Below, in pieces: positions 19,367 through 27,453 of a stretch of DNA of 64,000 bases. Positions within the stretch are counted from its first letter, which is position 1. Each line of letters starts with the position of its first letter. Location: contig JAVBOA010000008.1 of the NCBI GenBank assembly GCA_031551135.1, positions 10,563 to 74,562 of the forward strand. The letters run 5' to 3'. The position numbers were made by a program, and so were the translations under genes. This DNA comes from Eubacteriales bacterium (lineage in GTDB: Bacteria > Bacillota > Clostridia > Lachnospirales > JAITVM01). The notes beneath the pieces are model-generated. The model was not told the origin of the DNA. It did no database searches and was given only the letters and a program-made list of their open reading frames with translations.

Positions 19367-19406
19367 TATACTATTTCCATTATAATAGAAAACAGAAATA
19401 GTATTA
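19367..19406 (+). repeat. Mini (internally deleted) derivative of the palindromic repeat
   Basis: TATACTATTTCCATTATAATAGAAAACAGAAATAGTATTA keeps both termini (TACTATTTC / GAAATAGTA pair) but lacks the ~75-nt core. Confidence 0.65.
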
Positions 19407-19612
19407 ATCATGAAATAATATTCCAATTATTATGTATAGATATATTATATTTAAATGTAAATGAAATGTACACCAATATATGATATATGAAATAATATTG
19501 AAATATAGCGGTTTGGTTTTTCTATTTACAAATAATTTTGTTTTCGAATTATATAAAATCAAGAAAAATCGGATTAAATTATATCAATGTTTTGTTACTA
19601 TTATTTCCATTC

Positions 19613-19660
19613 AAAAAAATAGAAGCGGAATTGCATTTGCCGTGCTGCACAACCCCGCTT
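19613..19660 (-). terminator. Candidate terminator downstream of the DUF402 gene
   Basis: On the minus strand: AAGCGG - 26 nt - CCGCTT followed by CTATTTTTTT. Short stem with a large loop. Confidence 0.4.
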
Positions 19661-19697
19661 AAAAATTCCAAAATATATTTTATTTTCAGTGCCGGAT

Positions 19698-20180
19698 TTA
19701 ATCGAATTTTATAAACTTATCCAGCTTCGTTAAATATTTTTCGAATTGCCCTTGATAAATACTGTGCAATAATTTATTGACGGCTCTTAAAGCGGTTTTC
19801 GCCTGATTCAAATCAATCAAATTTTCGTCGAGCGCATCCGCTATTTCCTCCAAATCCAAAACTTCTACGAAACCATTTTCGCGTATAACAACATCCGCCA
19901 ATAAATCATTAAAACAATAGGATTTTTCAGATTCATCATAAATAGTTTCTATTATATCGCAATATGTTCGAATATATTTTTTATCCCAAAAAAACTTACT
20001 GATTTTATAATTTTCGTTTAAAAAATAACAAGAAAAGCCGTTATTAAATTCTTTTTTTGCACGAAAAACTTTCCATTTCGTTACGATTATTTCCTTATCC
20101 GTATATAGAATACGGTCATCCTTTAATAGAATTTTCTCGTTTGGAATATATCGTCTTCTATAAAGCTTTATATCATTCAT
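19698..20180 (-). CDS. DUF402 domain protein (FomD / Ntdp-like nucleoside di/triphosphatase family)
   Basis: 160 aa. YRRRYIPNEKILLKDD...VTKWKVF...YCDIIETIYDES...LLADVVIRENGFVEVLDLEE matches the DUF402 layout. Confidence 0.65.
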   Translation of the reverse strand: MNDIKLYRRRYIPNEKILLKDDRILYTDKEIIVTKWKVFRAKKEFNNGFSCYFLNENYKISKFFWDKKYIRTYCDIIETIYDESEKSYCFNDLLADVVIRENGFVEVLDLEEIADALDENLIDLNQAKTALRAVNKLLHSIYQGQFEKYLTKLDKFIKFD

Positions 20181-20204
20181 GGCACACTCCGGTTTACTAG
20201 CAAT

Positions 20205-21704
20205 TTAAAGTTCTTTTTTTAATTTATTAACGACTTCTTCTAATATTTTTATGCGTGCGTATTTTTTATTGTTCGACTCAATAATCTGCCACGGAGCATA
20301 TTCCGTATTTGTATTCAAAAACATTTCATTTACAGCAACTTCATACATATCCCACTTTTCACGGTTTCGCCAATCTTCTTCGGTTATTTTATAATTTTTC
20401 AATGGGTCTTCCTGTCTGGCTTTAAAACGGTTTAACTGTTCTTCTTTGTCTATTTGCAACCAAAACTTAAAAATTATCGTGCCGTGATTATGCAGATGAA
20501 ATTCCATATCGTTTATTTCGGAATATGCCCGCTGCCATTCGTCGGCAGAGCAAAATCCCTCAATACGTTCCACCATGACCCTGCCATACCAAGAACGGTC
20601 GAATATCGCAATATGTCCGTCTTTTGGGAATTTATTATAAAATCGCCAAAGATAATGATGATTTAATTCTTCTTTCGTCGGTGCGGCTACGGTAATAACT
20701 TCATAACCGCGTGGATCGAGTTCTTCTGTAAGGCGTTTTATCGAGCCGCCTTTTCCGGCAGCGTCCCAGCCTTCCATGAGAATCACAACAGATTTCCGTT
20801 TTCTGTATAATTTAAATTCCAGCTTTGCTAAATCCTTTTGCAGATTGTCCAGTTTTTCTTTATAATCTTCATCGGAAATCATTTTATTGGCGTCAATTCC
20901 GCTCAAAATAGAAATCTCAGGCGAAGTAATAATTTCCTCTTTATCAAATTCATCGTAAAGCTTGGCTTCACGAAGTTTCGTTCGGTTATTTACTTCTTCT
21001 TGGATTTTGCTGATTAAAAGTTTGAATATTTTTACGGTTGCATATTTTTTGTCATTCGCTTCGATAATCGCCCATTGGCTTTTTGTGGTATTGGTACGAG
21101 AAATCATTTCTTGAAAAAGCTTTAAATAATTCTCATATTTTAGGTTTTGCTCCATATCACGCTCATTCAAACGCCAAGCCGTATCTTCGGATTTTCCCAA
21201 TTCCTTAAAGCGCTTCTTCTGTTCATCTTTGCTGATATGCAAAAATAATTTAATAATCAGAGTTCCGTCATCTTGGTGCATTTTTTCAAATGAATTTATA
21301 TCATGAAAATATGTTTGCATTTCGTTCGGCTTCAAATCAAAATTAGCCACAGCACCCGGCAAAACCAGGCGATGCCAAGATTTATCAAAAATAGACATTC
21401 TTCCTTTTGAAGGCATTTTGCAAAAATAATTCCAAAGCGGCGGACGCATAAAAACCTCTTCAGTAACACGGCTCATTGAATAAACATTAAAATAACGCGG
21501 GTCCAAAGGATAAAGGATTTTATTAATCAGCGTGCCCTTTCCCGAAGCACTCCAGCCTTCAAAAACAATACAAACCGGAATTTCCAATTCTCGGATTTTT
21601 TGTTGCAGCAGATTTAATTTAGAATGAAGTTCTTTTATCTGCGATTGATATTCTTTCTTATCCATAGATTTATTTAAGTCAATTTTTCCAAGCAAATTAA
21701 ACAC
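20205..21704 (-). CDS. Two-domain polyphosphate kinase 2 (polyphosphate:AMP/NMP phosphotransferase type)
   Basis: Two PPK2 P-loop modules: FEGWSASGKGTLINKILYPLDPRYF and MEGWDAAGKGGSIKRLTEELDPRGYEV. The start is ambiguous between GTG 21704 and TTG 21695. Confidence 0.9.
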   Translation of the reverse strand: MFNLLGKIDLNKSMDKKEYQSQIKELHSKLNLLQQKIRELEIPVCIVFEGWSASGKGTLINKILYPLDPRYFNVYSMSRVTEEVFMRPPLWNYFCKMPSKGRMSIFDKSWHRLVLPGAVANFDLKPNEMQTYFHDINSFEKMHQDDGTLIIKLFLHISKDEQKKRFKELGKSEDTAWRLNERDMEQNLKYENYLKLFQEMISRTNTTKSQWAIIEANDKKYATVKIFKLLISKIQEEVNNRTKLREAKLYDEFDKEEIITSPEISILSGIDANKMISDEDYKEKLDNLQKDLAKLEFKLYRKRKSVVILMEGWDAAGKGGSIKRLTEELDPRGYEVITVAAPTKEELNHHYLWRFYNKFPKDGHIAIFDRSWYGRVMVERIEGFCSADEWQRAYSEINDMEFHLHNHGTIIFKFWLQIDKEEQLNRFKARQEDPLKNYKITEEDWRNREKWDMYEVAVNEMFLNTNTEYAPWQIIESNNKKYARIKILEEVVNKLKKEL

Positions 21705-21737
21705 TCCTTTTTTACAGCATTCGAATGAAGGCTGTAT

Positions 21738-22139
21738 TTATCCATTGACAATTCCCGTAGCAACAGGAATATATTTTTTTAATTGCATGTTTTTCGTAAT
21801 AACTTTTATTCCAAAATACGTTAATAATAAAAACGCAATCCCTATAATAAAACTCATCAGTTCAGAGCCTGTTAATTTTTCCCCAAAAACAAATCCTAAA
21901 ACGAGTGTTACAAGCGGAATCAAATACATTATTAAAACGGCTCTGAAAAAATATACTGAATCAAGCTCGATATTTACGAAATCGCCGGATTTTGCACCGC
22001 ATTCATTTTTTGCAATAATAAACATTTCGCTTTGCTCAAAACCGGCTGTACAGGCCCGGCATTTTGCGCAAGCCTCCGTACGTTTCAGGCTCACCTTTAT
22101 TTTATTGTCAAAAACCTCTACCACATGTCCGATTTCCAT
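21738..22139 (-). CDS. RseC/MucC family (SoxR-reducing system RseC-like) membrane protein
   Basis: 133 aa. The N-terminal Cys cluster CAKCRACTAG is followed by two TM helices. Confidence 0.7.
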   Translation of the reverse strand: MEIGHVVEVFDNKIKVSLKRTEACAKCRACTAGFEQSEMFIIAKNECGAKSGDFVNIELDSVYFFRAVLIMYLIPLVTLVLGFVFGEKLTGSELMSFIIGIAFLLLTYFGIKVITKNMQLKKYIPVATGIVNG

Positions 22140-22228
22140 AAAAGCCTCCTTTCAATATTATAAATTGACTTTAGAATTTTTATTTGATATAGTAATAACT
22201 TGAAAAATGAAATTATTGGCGGTGATTT

Positions 22229-23008
22229 ATGAGCTATCAAACACAATTATTAATTTTATGTCCCATAATATTTTTGGCCGGATTTATCGATTCTATAGCA
22301 GGCGGAGGCGGTTTAATATCTCTGCCGATGTATTCAATACTTATTAAATCACCGATAGTCAGCGTATACGGAACAAATAAATTTACAAATGTATGGGGAA
22401 CTTTGGTAGCAAGTATTAAATACATAAAATCTAAAAACATACAATTCGAATCCGCAGTGACTGCCGCTATTTTTTCATTTATCGGGTCAAAATTCGGTTC
22501 GCTTGCGGCAGAATATGTATCCGAAGATTTTTTGAGAATATTTTTGTTGATAGCGATTCCGGCGGTCGCAATATTTACTTTATTGAAAAAAGATTTTGGC
22601 GAAAGCCAAGCTTTTGAAATGCCGATTTTAAAAATAATAGGAATAACTATGGTTTTCAGCCTTTTTATCGGGTTTTACGATGGCTTTTTCGGCCCTGGTA
22701 CAGGCACTTTTCTGATACTTGCCTTTACCACTTTTACCGGCATGGATTTAACAAAAGCTTCCGGAAATGCCAAAATCGCAAATCTTGCTTCAAATATTTC
22801 AGCCTGTCACACTTTCATTCTTTCCGGAAATGTTGTGTACAAGCTAGCGATTCCCGGCGCAATCTGTTCCATTTTAGGCTCATATTTAGGCTCTAATATT
22901 GCGATAAAAAACGGGAAGAATATAATAAAACCGATTTTTGTATTGGTTCTGTTTATTTTATTGGCAACGGTTATTGCTCAAGTTTTAGGATTTACTTATG
23001 GTGATTAA
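22229..23008 (+). CDS. TauE/SafE (TSUP) family anion exporter
   Basis: 259 aa and polytopic. FIDSIAGGGGLISLPMY and GFFGPGTGTF are typical TSUP motifs. Confidence 0.85.
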   Translation: MSYQTQLLILCPIIFLAGFIDSIAGGGGLISLPMYSILIKSPIVSVYGTNKFTNVWGTLVASIKYIKSKNIQFESAVTAAIFSFIGSKFGSLAAEYVSEDFLRIFLLIAIPAVAIFTLLKKDFGESQAFEMPILKIIGITMVFSLFIGFYDGFFGPGTGTFLILAFTTFTGMDLTKASGNAKIANLASNISACHTFILSGNVVYKLAIPGAICSILGSYLGSNIAIKNGKNIIKPIFVLVLFILLATVIAQVLGFTYGD

Positions 23009-23108
23009 ATTTTTTAAAATACTATTTCATTATAGCATAAAAAACCTTTTGAATATAATTGAATTTTAAATTTATTAATTCCGGACTCATGACTTTTGAG
23101 GTGAAAAT

Positions 23109-23678
23109 ATGAAAAATTACTGGCAAGGCAAAAAAATTAAGCTTAGAGCTTTTGAAGAAAAAGATATTCAAAAATATCTTGACGAACGAAATGACCCCGA
23201 CAGCGTGCGTCAATTATATGAAGATTATATCGAATTTCCGCTTTCTGAAAACGAAATGCGCAATAGCATCGAAAATTATTTACGCTCATTGAACGGAAAC
23301 GATAAAAGACTTTTTGTAATCGAAAATTTTGACGGTGAATATGTCGGCGAAATAAGTATTTGGTACACACATAGACGCAATGGCGTTTTTAGATACGGAA
23401 TTTTTTTGGATGAAAGAATGCGCGGTAAAGGCTACGCCGGCGACGCATTAACAGTAGTTTTGGATTTTTATTTTAATGAGCTGAATTATCAAAAATGCAG
23501 CCCAACGGTTTATGAATTCAATTTAAATTCTCAGAAATTTCACAAAAAAATGGGATTTATCGAAGAAGGCCGTTTGAGGAGCGATGTTTTTGTCCGCGGA
23601 AAATACCATGATATGATTTATTATGGAATGTTGCGAGACGAATTTAATCAAAAATATAAACATGAGTTTATTATTTAA
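23109..23678 (+). CDS. GNAT family N-acetyltransferase (RimJ/RimL-like)
   Basis: 189 aa. FGIFLDERMRGKGYAGDAL is the acetyl-CoA binding Q/RxxGxG/A-like motif. Confidence 0.8.
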   Translation: MKNYWQGKKIKLRAFEEKDIQKYLDERNDPDSVRQLYEDYIEFPLSENEMRNSIENYLRSLNGNDKRLFVIENFDGEYVGEISIWYTHRRNGVFRYGIFLDERMRGKGYAGDALTVVLDFYFNELNYQKCSPTVYEFNLNSQKFHKKMGFIEEGRLRSDVFVRGKYHDMIYYGMLRDEFNQKYKHEFII

Positions 23679-23690
23679 TTCTTTTTATAA

Positions 23691-23755
23691 TATAAAAAAA
23701 TATTTCATAATGCACGGCATTTTGAAAAACGCCTCAAATGCATTATGAAATATTT
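23691..23755 (-). terminator. Perfect 17-bp hairpin between convergent genes; a likely terminator for the PhzF gene, with an arm sequence that resembles the repeat core
   Basis: AAATATTTCATAATGCA (23698-23714) pairs with TGCATTATGAAATATTT (23739-23755). The run of A at 23694-23700 becomes a T-run after the stem on the minus strand. Confidence 0.6.
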
Positions 23756-23768
23756 CTCGCTTATACTA

Positions 23769-24542
23769 TTATAGAATAATTTCACCTTTTAAAAATATTT
23801 TCGCTTTGCCGCCAATCTTAACACGGTCACCGTGGTACTCACAAAAAAGTTTTCCGCCGCGTTTCGATAATTGTGTTGCAATCATTTTATCTTTCTTTAA
23901 AATATCCGCCCAATAAGGGATTAATGTTGTATGTGACGAGCCGGTCACATAATCTTCCGAAATTCCGGCCTTTGGGCAAAAAAATCTGGACACAAAATCC
24001 GAATCGTCACCTTTTGCGGTAACAATCACTCCAAATATGTTTTCTAAAGAACAAATCAAATCCATATTCGGTTTTAGCTCACGCACAGTTTTTTCATCTT
24101 CCAAAACCAGCATCAAATCTCTGGAGGAATATGCCTCCAAAACTTTCGCACCCACAGCTCTTTGCATCTCTATTGTGCGTTCAATCGGCTCCGGCTTTCG
24201 GGTTGGGAAATTCAGCATATAGATATCATTATTTCTCTCAACATATAAAATTCCGCTTTTTGTATGGAACTCAATTTTCTTAGATTTTTCGACATAATTA
24301 TTTATTGCAAAAGCCGCAGCCAAAGTGGCATGCCCGCATAAATCCACTTCAACAAGAGGCGTAAACCAGCGTAAATCATAATAGCCGCCGTTTTTTAAAA
24401 CAAAGGCGGTCTCTGCGAGGTTATTCTCAAAAGCTATATTCTGCAAAATTTCGTCGTCAAGTTTTTCTTCAAGAATACAAACACCGGCAGGATTGCCTTT
24501 AAAATTTTTATCAACAAAAGCATCAATTACAAAATAAAGCAT
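23769..24542 (-). CDS. PhzF family isomerase
   Basis: MLYFVIDAFVDKNFKGNPAGVCIL...NLAETAFV...LRWFTPLVEVDLCGHATLAAA is the PhzF-family signature. Confidence 0.88.
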   Translation of the reverse strand: MLYFVIDAFVDKNFKGNPAGVCILEEKLDDEILQNIAFENNLAETAFVLKNGGYYDLRWFTPLVEVDLCGHATLAAAFAINNYVEKSKKIEFHTKSGILYVERNNDIYMLNFPTRKPEPIERTIEMQRAVGAKVLEAYSSRDLMLVLEDEKTVRELKPNMDLICSLENIFGVIVTAKGDDSDFVSRFFCPKAGISEDYVTGSSHTTLIPYWADILKKDKMIATQLSKRGGKLFCEYHGDRVKIGGKAKIFLKGEIIL

Positions 24543-24571
24543 AAAATCCCCCCAAAATTAAAAAATTCTAA

Positions 24572-25468
24572 TCAATTCGGCAATTCGTCTTCTTCGCAGT
24601 CCTCCCCTGCGCAAATAGTGAATTTTTCTACCATAAAATCGGGGTCATAAGAGAGCTTCATTTTTCTGAGTCCCTCGATTCCCATATCTTCCATAAAATT
24701 CACATCTTCACATTCTGTAAAATAATTTTCGCAAAATAATTTAAACAGCGCAACCGATGCACCGCGGTAATTGACATCCGATTTCGCTATTTGAATCAGC
24801 ATAGAATTATGCTGTTTTTCAGCCATTATTATACCGGCGATTTCGCCGTCAACAATCAAACATCTCGAAATAAATCCTAATTTTTCTCTATGTTTCAAAA
24901 CTTTCAGCGTTGCAAAAAGTTCCCGTTCCGGGTTCAAGCTGCGCTCAAATATTATTTCTTTCAATTTAATTTTACATTTTTCCTCATTTGAATCGTCGAT
25001 ATCAACAAATTGATATTCAAAATTTTTTTTAAAATAATTAAAATGATTTTTTTGCCCGTGGAGTTTTTTGCCCGAAAGTCCGGCTAATTTCTCTCTTTTG
25101 TATAAGTAATCAAAAAGATCTCTACGAACGACTAATTTATGATTTTTGCACAAATCAAAAGATTTGAGTTCCTCCAACATTCGCGTTGTTATACTTATCA
25201 ATTTAAATTGCTTATTTAAAGCCTTTGCATCGTTTCGAAGCTCCATAATCGCATCTTTTATATTTTCCGTTTCGCCGATCGGATACATATAGCCGTCAAA
25301 ATTTTTAACACATAAGCAGTCATTAATCACAGCAAATTGTGTGCTGTACATTTCTTCCCACGCGAAAAGCGTCGCAAAATCATATTCCGAACTTATATCT
25401 TTATTAATTGAATAATACTTTTGAAAAATATCTTTATCATCTATCTCGATAGATTTAAAGCTTATCAT
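24572..25468 (-). CDS. DUF2156 domain protein (lysyl-PG synthase C-terminal-like / GNAT fold)
   Basis: About 298 aa. SEYDFATLFAWEEMYSTQFAVINDCLCVK is typical of DUF2156. The ATG at 25468 has better RBS spacing than the GTG at 25474. Confidence 0.6.
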   Translation of the reverse strand: MISFKSIEIDDKDIFQKYYSINKDISSEYDFATLFAWEEMYSTQFAVINDCLCVKNFDGYMYPIGETENIKDAIMELRNDAKALNKQFKLISITTRMLEELKSFDLCKNHKLVVRRDLFDYLYKREKLAGLSGKKLHGQKNHFNYFKKNFEYQFVDIDDSNEEKCKIKLKEIIFERSLNPERELFATLKVLKHREKLGFISRCLIVDGEIAGIIMAEKQHNSMLIQIAKSDVNYRGASVALFKLFCENYFTECEDVNFMEDMGIEGLRKMKLSYDPDFMVEKFTICAGEDCEEDELPN

Positions 25469-25542
25469 AAACACTCTTCTTTCTAAAGTCTTTGAAATTA
25501 TAGGTATTAACCATTATTTTATTTCCAAATTTTTCTTTTTAC

Positions 25543-25572
25543 AAAAAAGGTTTTAGATTATAATCTAAAACC
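25543..25572 (-). terminator. Intrinsic terminator (minus strand) downstream of yajC
   Basis: Perfect palindrome GGTTTTAGATTA/TAATCTAAAACC, followed on the minus strand by TTTTTT. Confidence 0.65.
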
Positions 25573-25614
25573 AAAAACTACCGCTGTAAATTTTGAAAAA
25601 ATCCATATCAAGTC

Positions 25615-25638
25615 AAAACGGCGTATACACGCCGTTTT
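25615..25638 (-). terminator. Second hairpin downstream of yajC
   Basis: AAAACGGCGT-ATAC-ACGCCGTTTT. The T-run forms part of the stem, and it lies 65 nt after the yajC stop. Confidence 0.45.
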
Positions 25639-25703
25639 TAAGGTTTCCGCATCATGCTTAAAAAAATAATATCGAATAAATCTTATCAATAAATATGTTC
25701 TAT

Positions 25704-26150
25704 TTATTTAGAAGGTTTTTCCGAAACTTGAGCATCTTTTTTTAGCGGGTATACATCAGATTTTCTGACAGGTATTCTAACGCCTTTGTTTGTACCAAAC
25801 TCTATAATATATTTATCATCAATTTTTTCAACTACTTTTCCAAAAAGTCCGCCGGAAGTATGAACCTCGTCACCAATCGTAATCGCTTCCTGCAAATCGC
25901 GTACAGCTTTTTCTTTTTTCTTTTGTGAACGGCTTGTAAAATAAAAAGCTGCACCAATTACAACAACATACAACAACAAAATTCCCATGCTTCCAAAAGG
26001 ACTGCCACTGTTAGCGTTTCCATTATTTTGCGTTTGTGTAGAAGCTGTTGTTTGAGTGCTCTGTTCATTTTTATTACCGCTCGGGCCGACTATAAATTCG
26101 CCGGGATTTTCCGAAGAAGTCAATAAAACCATATTGTAAGCTTGAATCAT
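25704..26150 (-). CDS. yajC: Preprotein translocase subunit YajC with a long low-complexity N-terminal extension
   Basis: The C-terminal 90 aa, LLLYVVVIGAAFYFTSRSQKKKEKAVRDLQEAITIGDEVHTSGGLFGKVVE, is canonical YajC. The strong AGGAGA RBS supports the long form, which begins with a Q/T/N-rich segment. Confidence 0.85.
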   Translation of the reverse strand: MIQAYNMVLLTSSENPGEFIVGPSGNKNEQSTQTTASTQTQNNGNANSGSPFGSMGILLLYVVVIGAAFYFTSRSQKKKEKAVRDLQEAITIGDEVHTSGGLFGKVVEKIDDKYIIEFGTNKGVRIPVRKSDVYPLKKDAQVSEKPSK

Positions 26151-26309
26151 AAAATACTCTCCTAATTAAAGATTCCGCAATCCCAATGAGATTGCTTTTA
26201 TGTAAATTTAATATTGCACAGCAAGTTTTCTGCCGACCTCAAACTTGCCTTAACCAATTATATACAAGTAAAAGAGCATCGTCAAGTGATATCTTGCGGT
26301 TTGATTTTT

Positions 26310-26424
26310 TATACTATTTTCATTATTAAGGATAGAAAAAATATTTCATTTCACGCTTGAAGCATGCGTGAAACGCTCCGCTGTGAAAAATTTTTTTCTA
26401 CTTATCAAAATGAAAATAGTATTA
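26310..26424 (+). repeat. Palindromic intergenic repeat, full-length copy 4 (forward)
   Basis: 115 nt. It differs from copy 1 at only a few positions. It lies upstream of the CPBP gene. Confidence 0.95.
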
Positions 26425-26538
26425 CAAAAATAAATTTACAAAAAATGAAATTTGATGGTAATCAATAAGTAATCTTTATAATGTTAAAATCTATCTGCTA
26501 AAGAATTTATTACAAAATATTTTGAAAGTAGGTATATT

Positions 26539-27219
26539 ATGAAAAACAATGAAAAAAAATTAGAGGCTTCCATATTTAACATTTTAGTTTTGGTTATTAT
26601 TTATTTTTTATTTACAGGAATTTTTCCGTTATTTATAAATATAATTATTGCAAAATCTACAGAAATCGACCTATCGATATGGCTGAATGTAATTACGGTT
26701 TTTTCGACAAATGTAATTTTTTTGTACGCAATAAAACAATACTATAATTTTGAGTATTATTTTGGCGAAAATATAAATATCAAGACAATCTTTTTAGGAA
26801 TAATATTGGCAGTCGCATTATTTGGATTTTTTAATTATTTCTTAGTACCGTTCCTGAGTAAATATATAAATCCTAATGAATATATCAGCCAGCTTGAATC
26901 GATGAAAATATTTCCGCTCCAGAATATTGTATTAACTTGTTTAATTGCGCCATTATCCGAAGAATTATTTTTGAGGGCATATATCGTTAGAGGCTTATAT
27001 AATAAATACAATCCTTTTATTGCGATTCTCGTTTCCTCAATTTTGTTTGCAGTAATTCATTTCAATATGATTCAAGGAATTTTGGCTTTTATTTTTGGCA
27101 TTGCCGTCGGCTGTTTATATTTGGCAACAGGTTCGATTTTTTCTTGCATCATTACGCATTTTTTATATAATTTATTCCTTTATATAGCTTATAGTAACTT
27201 TGTACTAATTTCATTTTGA
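26539..27219 (+). CDS. CPBP family intramembrane glutamic endopeptidase (CAAX protease / Abi-like)
   Basis: 226 aa and polytopic. It has the EELFLRAY motif and the FAVIHF motif. Confidence 0.88.
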   Translation: MKNNEKKLEASIFNILVLVIIYFLFTGIFPLFINIIIAKSTEIDLSIWLNVITVFSTNVIFLYAIKQYYNFEYYFGENINIKTIFLGIILAVALFGFFNYFLVPFLSKYINPNEYISQLESMKIFPLQNIVLTCLIAPLSEELFLRAYIVRGLYNKYNPFIAILVSSILFAVIHFNMIQGILAFIFGIAVGCLYLATGSIFSCIITHFLYNLFLYIAYSNFVLISF

Positions 27220-27335
27220 TAATACTAATTCCCATTTGATTTGTAGAAAAAAATTTTCACAGCGAAGCGTTCCGCGCAACGCTTCAAGCGCGGAATGAAA
27301 TATTTTTTTCTATTCTTTAAAAGGGAAATAGTATA
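27220..27335 (-). repeat. Palindromic intergenic repeat, diverged full-length copy 5 (reverse orientation)
   Basis: TAATACTAATTCCCATTTGATTTGTAGAAAAAAATTTTCACAGCGAAGCGTTCCGCGCAACGCTTCAAGCGCGGAATGAAATATTTTTTTCTATTCTTTAAAAGGGAAATAGTATA. It starts directly after the CPBP stop codon. Confidence 0.85.
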
Positions 27336-27376
27336 AGTAGAAAATAAATTTTCAGAATTTACTCAGCAAAAAAATT

Positions 27377-27419
27377 AAAAGGCCGTGCAATGATTTAAAA
27401 AATCGCACAGCCCTTTTTT
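27377..27419. terminator. Bidirectional terminator between the CPBP gene and the 5'-nucleotidase gene
   Basis: AAAAGGCCGTGC ... GCACAGCCCTTTTTT forms an imperfect stem flanked by an A-run and a T-run. Confidence 0.6.
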
Positions 27420-27453
27420 ATATATGTCGCATTAATGATTTGAAATCAAAAAT

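Noticed and set aside
21745-22203. 152-aa plus-strand ORF overlapping the RseC-like gene.
   Set aside because: It is antisense to a gene with a clear family signature. It has no RBS and is a hydrophobic, low-complexity translation of AT-rich sequence.
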